Shown in pieces: positions 63,919-64,000 of a stretch of DNA of 64,000 bases. Source of the stretch: Dongiaceae bacterium (GTDB lineage: Bacteria > Verrucomicrobiota > Verrucomicrobiia > Limisphaerales > JAFMIX01); the NCBI GenBank assembly GCA_035492855.1, contig DATJIU010000012.1:3053-67052 (forward strand). Reading direction: 5' to 3'. The position numbers and the translations under genes were made by a program. Position 1 is the first letter of the stretch. Each line of letters opens with the position of its first letter. The notes under the pieces were generated by a model. That model was not told the DNA's origin and did not search any database. It was given only the letters and a program-made list of their open reading frames with translations.

Positions 63919-64000
63919 CTAATCTCCCTTGCCCAACCGGTCCCGCACCCAGACCCGGGCTTGCTCCGGCGTCTGTAATTCCTCCGCCAGTTGCTTGTCC
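63919..64000 (-). CDS. C-terminal end of an unidentified protein (gene continues beyond the window)
   Basis: A minus-strand frame stays open from the window edge to TAG 63921-63919 (…DKQLAEELQTPEQARVWVRDRLGKGD*). It is too short to assign. Confidence 0.3.
   Translation of the reverse strand, partial: DKQLAEELQTPEQARVWVRDRLGKGD

Overview
This is a high-GC bacterial chromosomal segment. The gene content suggests a PVC-group or Verrucomicrobiota-like organism: a PEP-CTERM protein, LamG/Ig-type secreted proteins, many glycoside hydrolases without SusC/D, an ECF sigma plus Ser/Thr kinase pair, and 'LHNVGN'-type kinases. That taxonomic call is inference only.

Layout:
- 1-18.6 kb: a mannoside/N-glycan-type degradation block with FAD oxidoreductase, PTER-like hydrolase, two Gfo/Idh/MocA genes, a GH38-like gene, coaD, an HD protein, a beta-helix protein, GH2 beta-mannosidase, sialate-O-acetylesterase-like and GH92. 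A roughly 1.2-kb ORF-poor, A/T-richer island interrupts it at 10.5-11.8 kb.
- 18.9-22.0 kb: two tandem paralogous secreted proteins, one with LamG/Ig domains and one with a PEP-CTERM anchor.
- 22.5-28.2 kb: a giant sensor kinase plus a REC / fossil-kinase / pseudo-REC / AraC regulator.
- 28.4-30.9 kb and 40.9-43.6 kb: GH78-type enzymes.
- 31.5-40.7 kb: small modules. These are a cytoplasmic BNR propeller plus a MoaD-like GG protein, SRPBCC plus YafY, an ECF sigma plus Ser/Thr kinase, and VOC, NmrA and an ECF42-like sigma.
- 44.0-46.2 kb: a sigma-54 promoter, glnB, an AT-rich putative oriC and dnaA.
- 46.3-48.3 kb: an orphan ABC ATPase plus an orphan beta-class DNA methyltransferase.
- 48.2-63.7 kb: a 15.5-kb signalling cluster entirely on the minus strand. 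In order it reads sigma-54 activator, NYN, VWA-like, two SDRs, FadL-type porin, PhcB-like SAM methyltransferase, membrane-embedded dual-core hybrid kinase, REC-kinase-like protein, REC-GAF-PAS kinase and REC kinase.

The best candidate for a new system is the FadL / methyltransferase / kinase / receiver-kinase core. Its architecture and gene order mirror the Ralstonia phcB-phcS-phcR quorum-sensing operon, but in a very different genomic background.

I found no rRNA, intact tRNA, CRISPR array or recognisable transposase. The ORF track uses alternative start codons, and several starts were re-placed by eye. All family calls rest on motif recognition from the translations, not on database searches.
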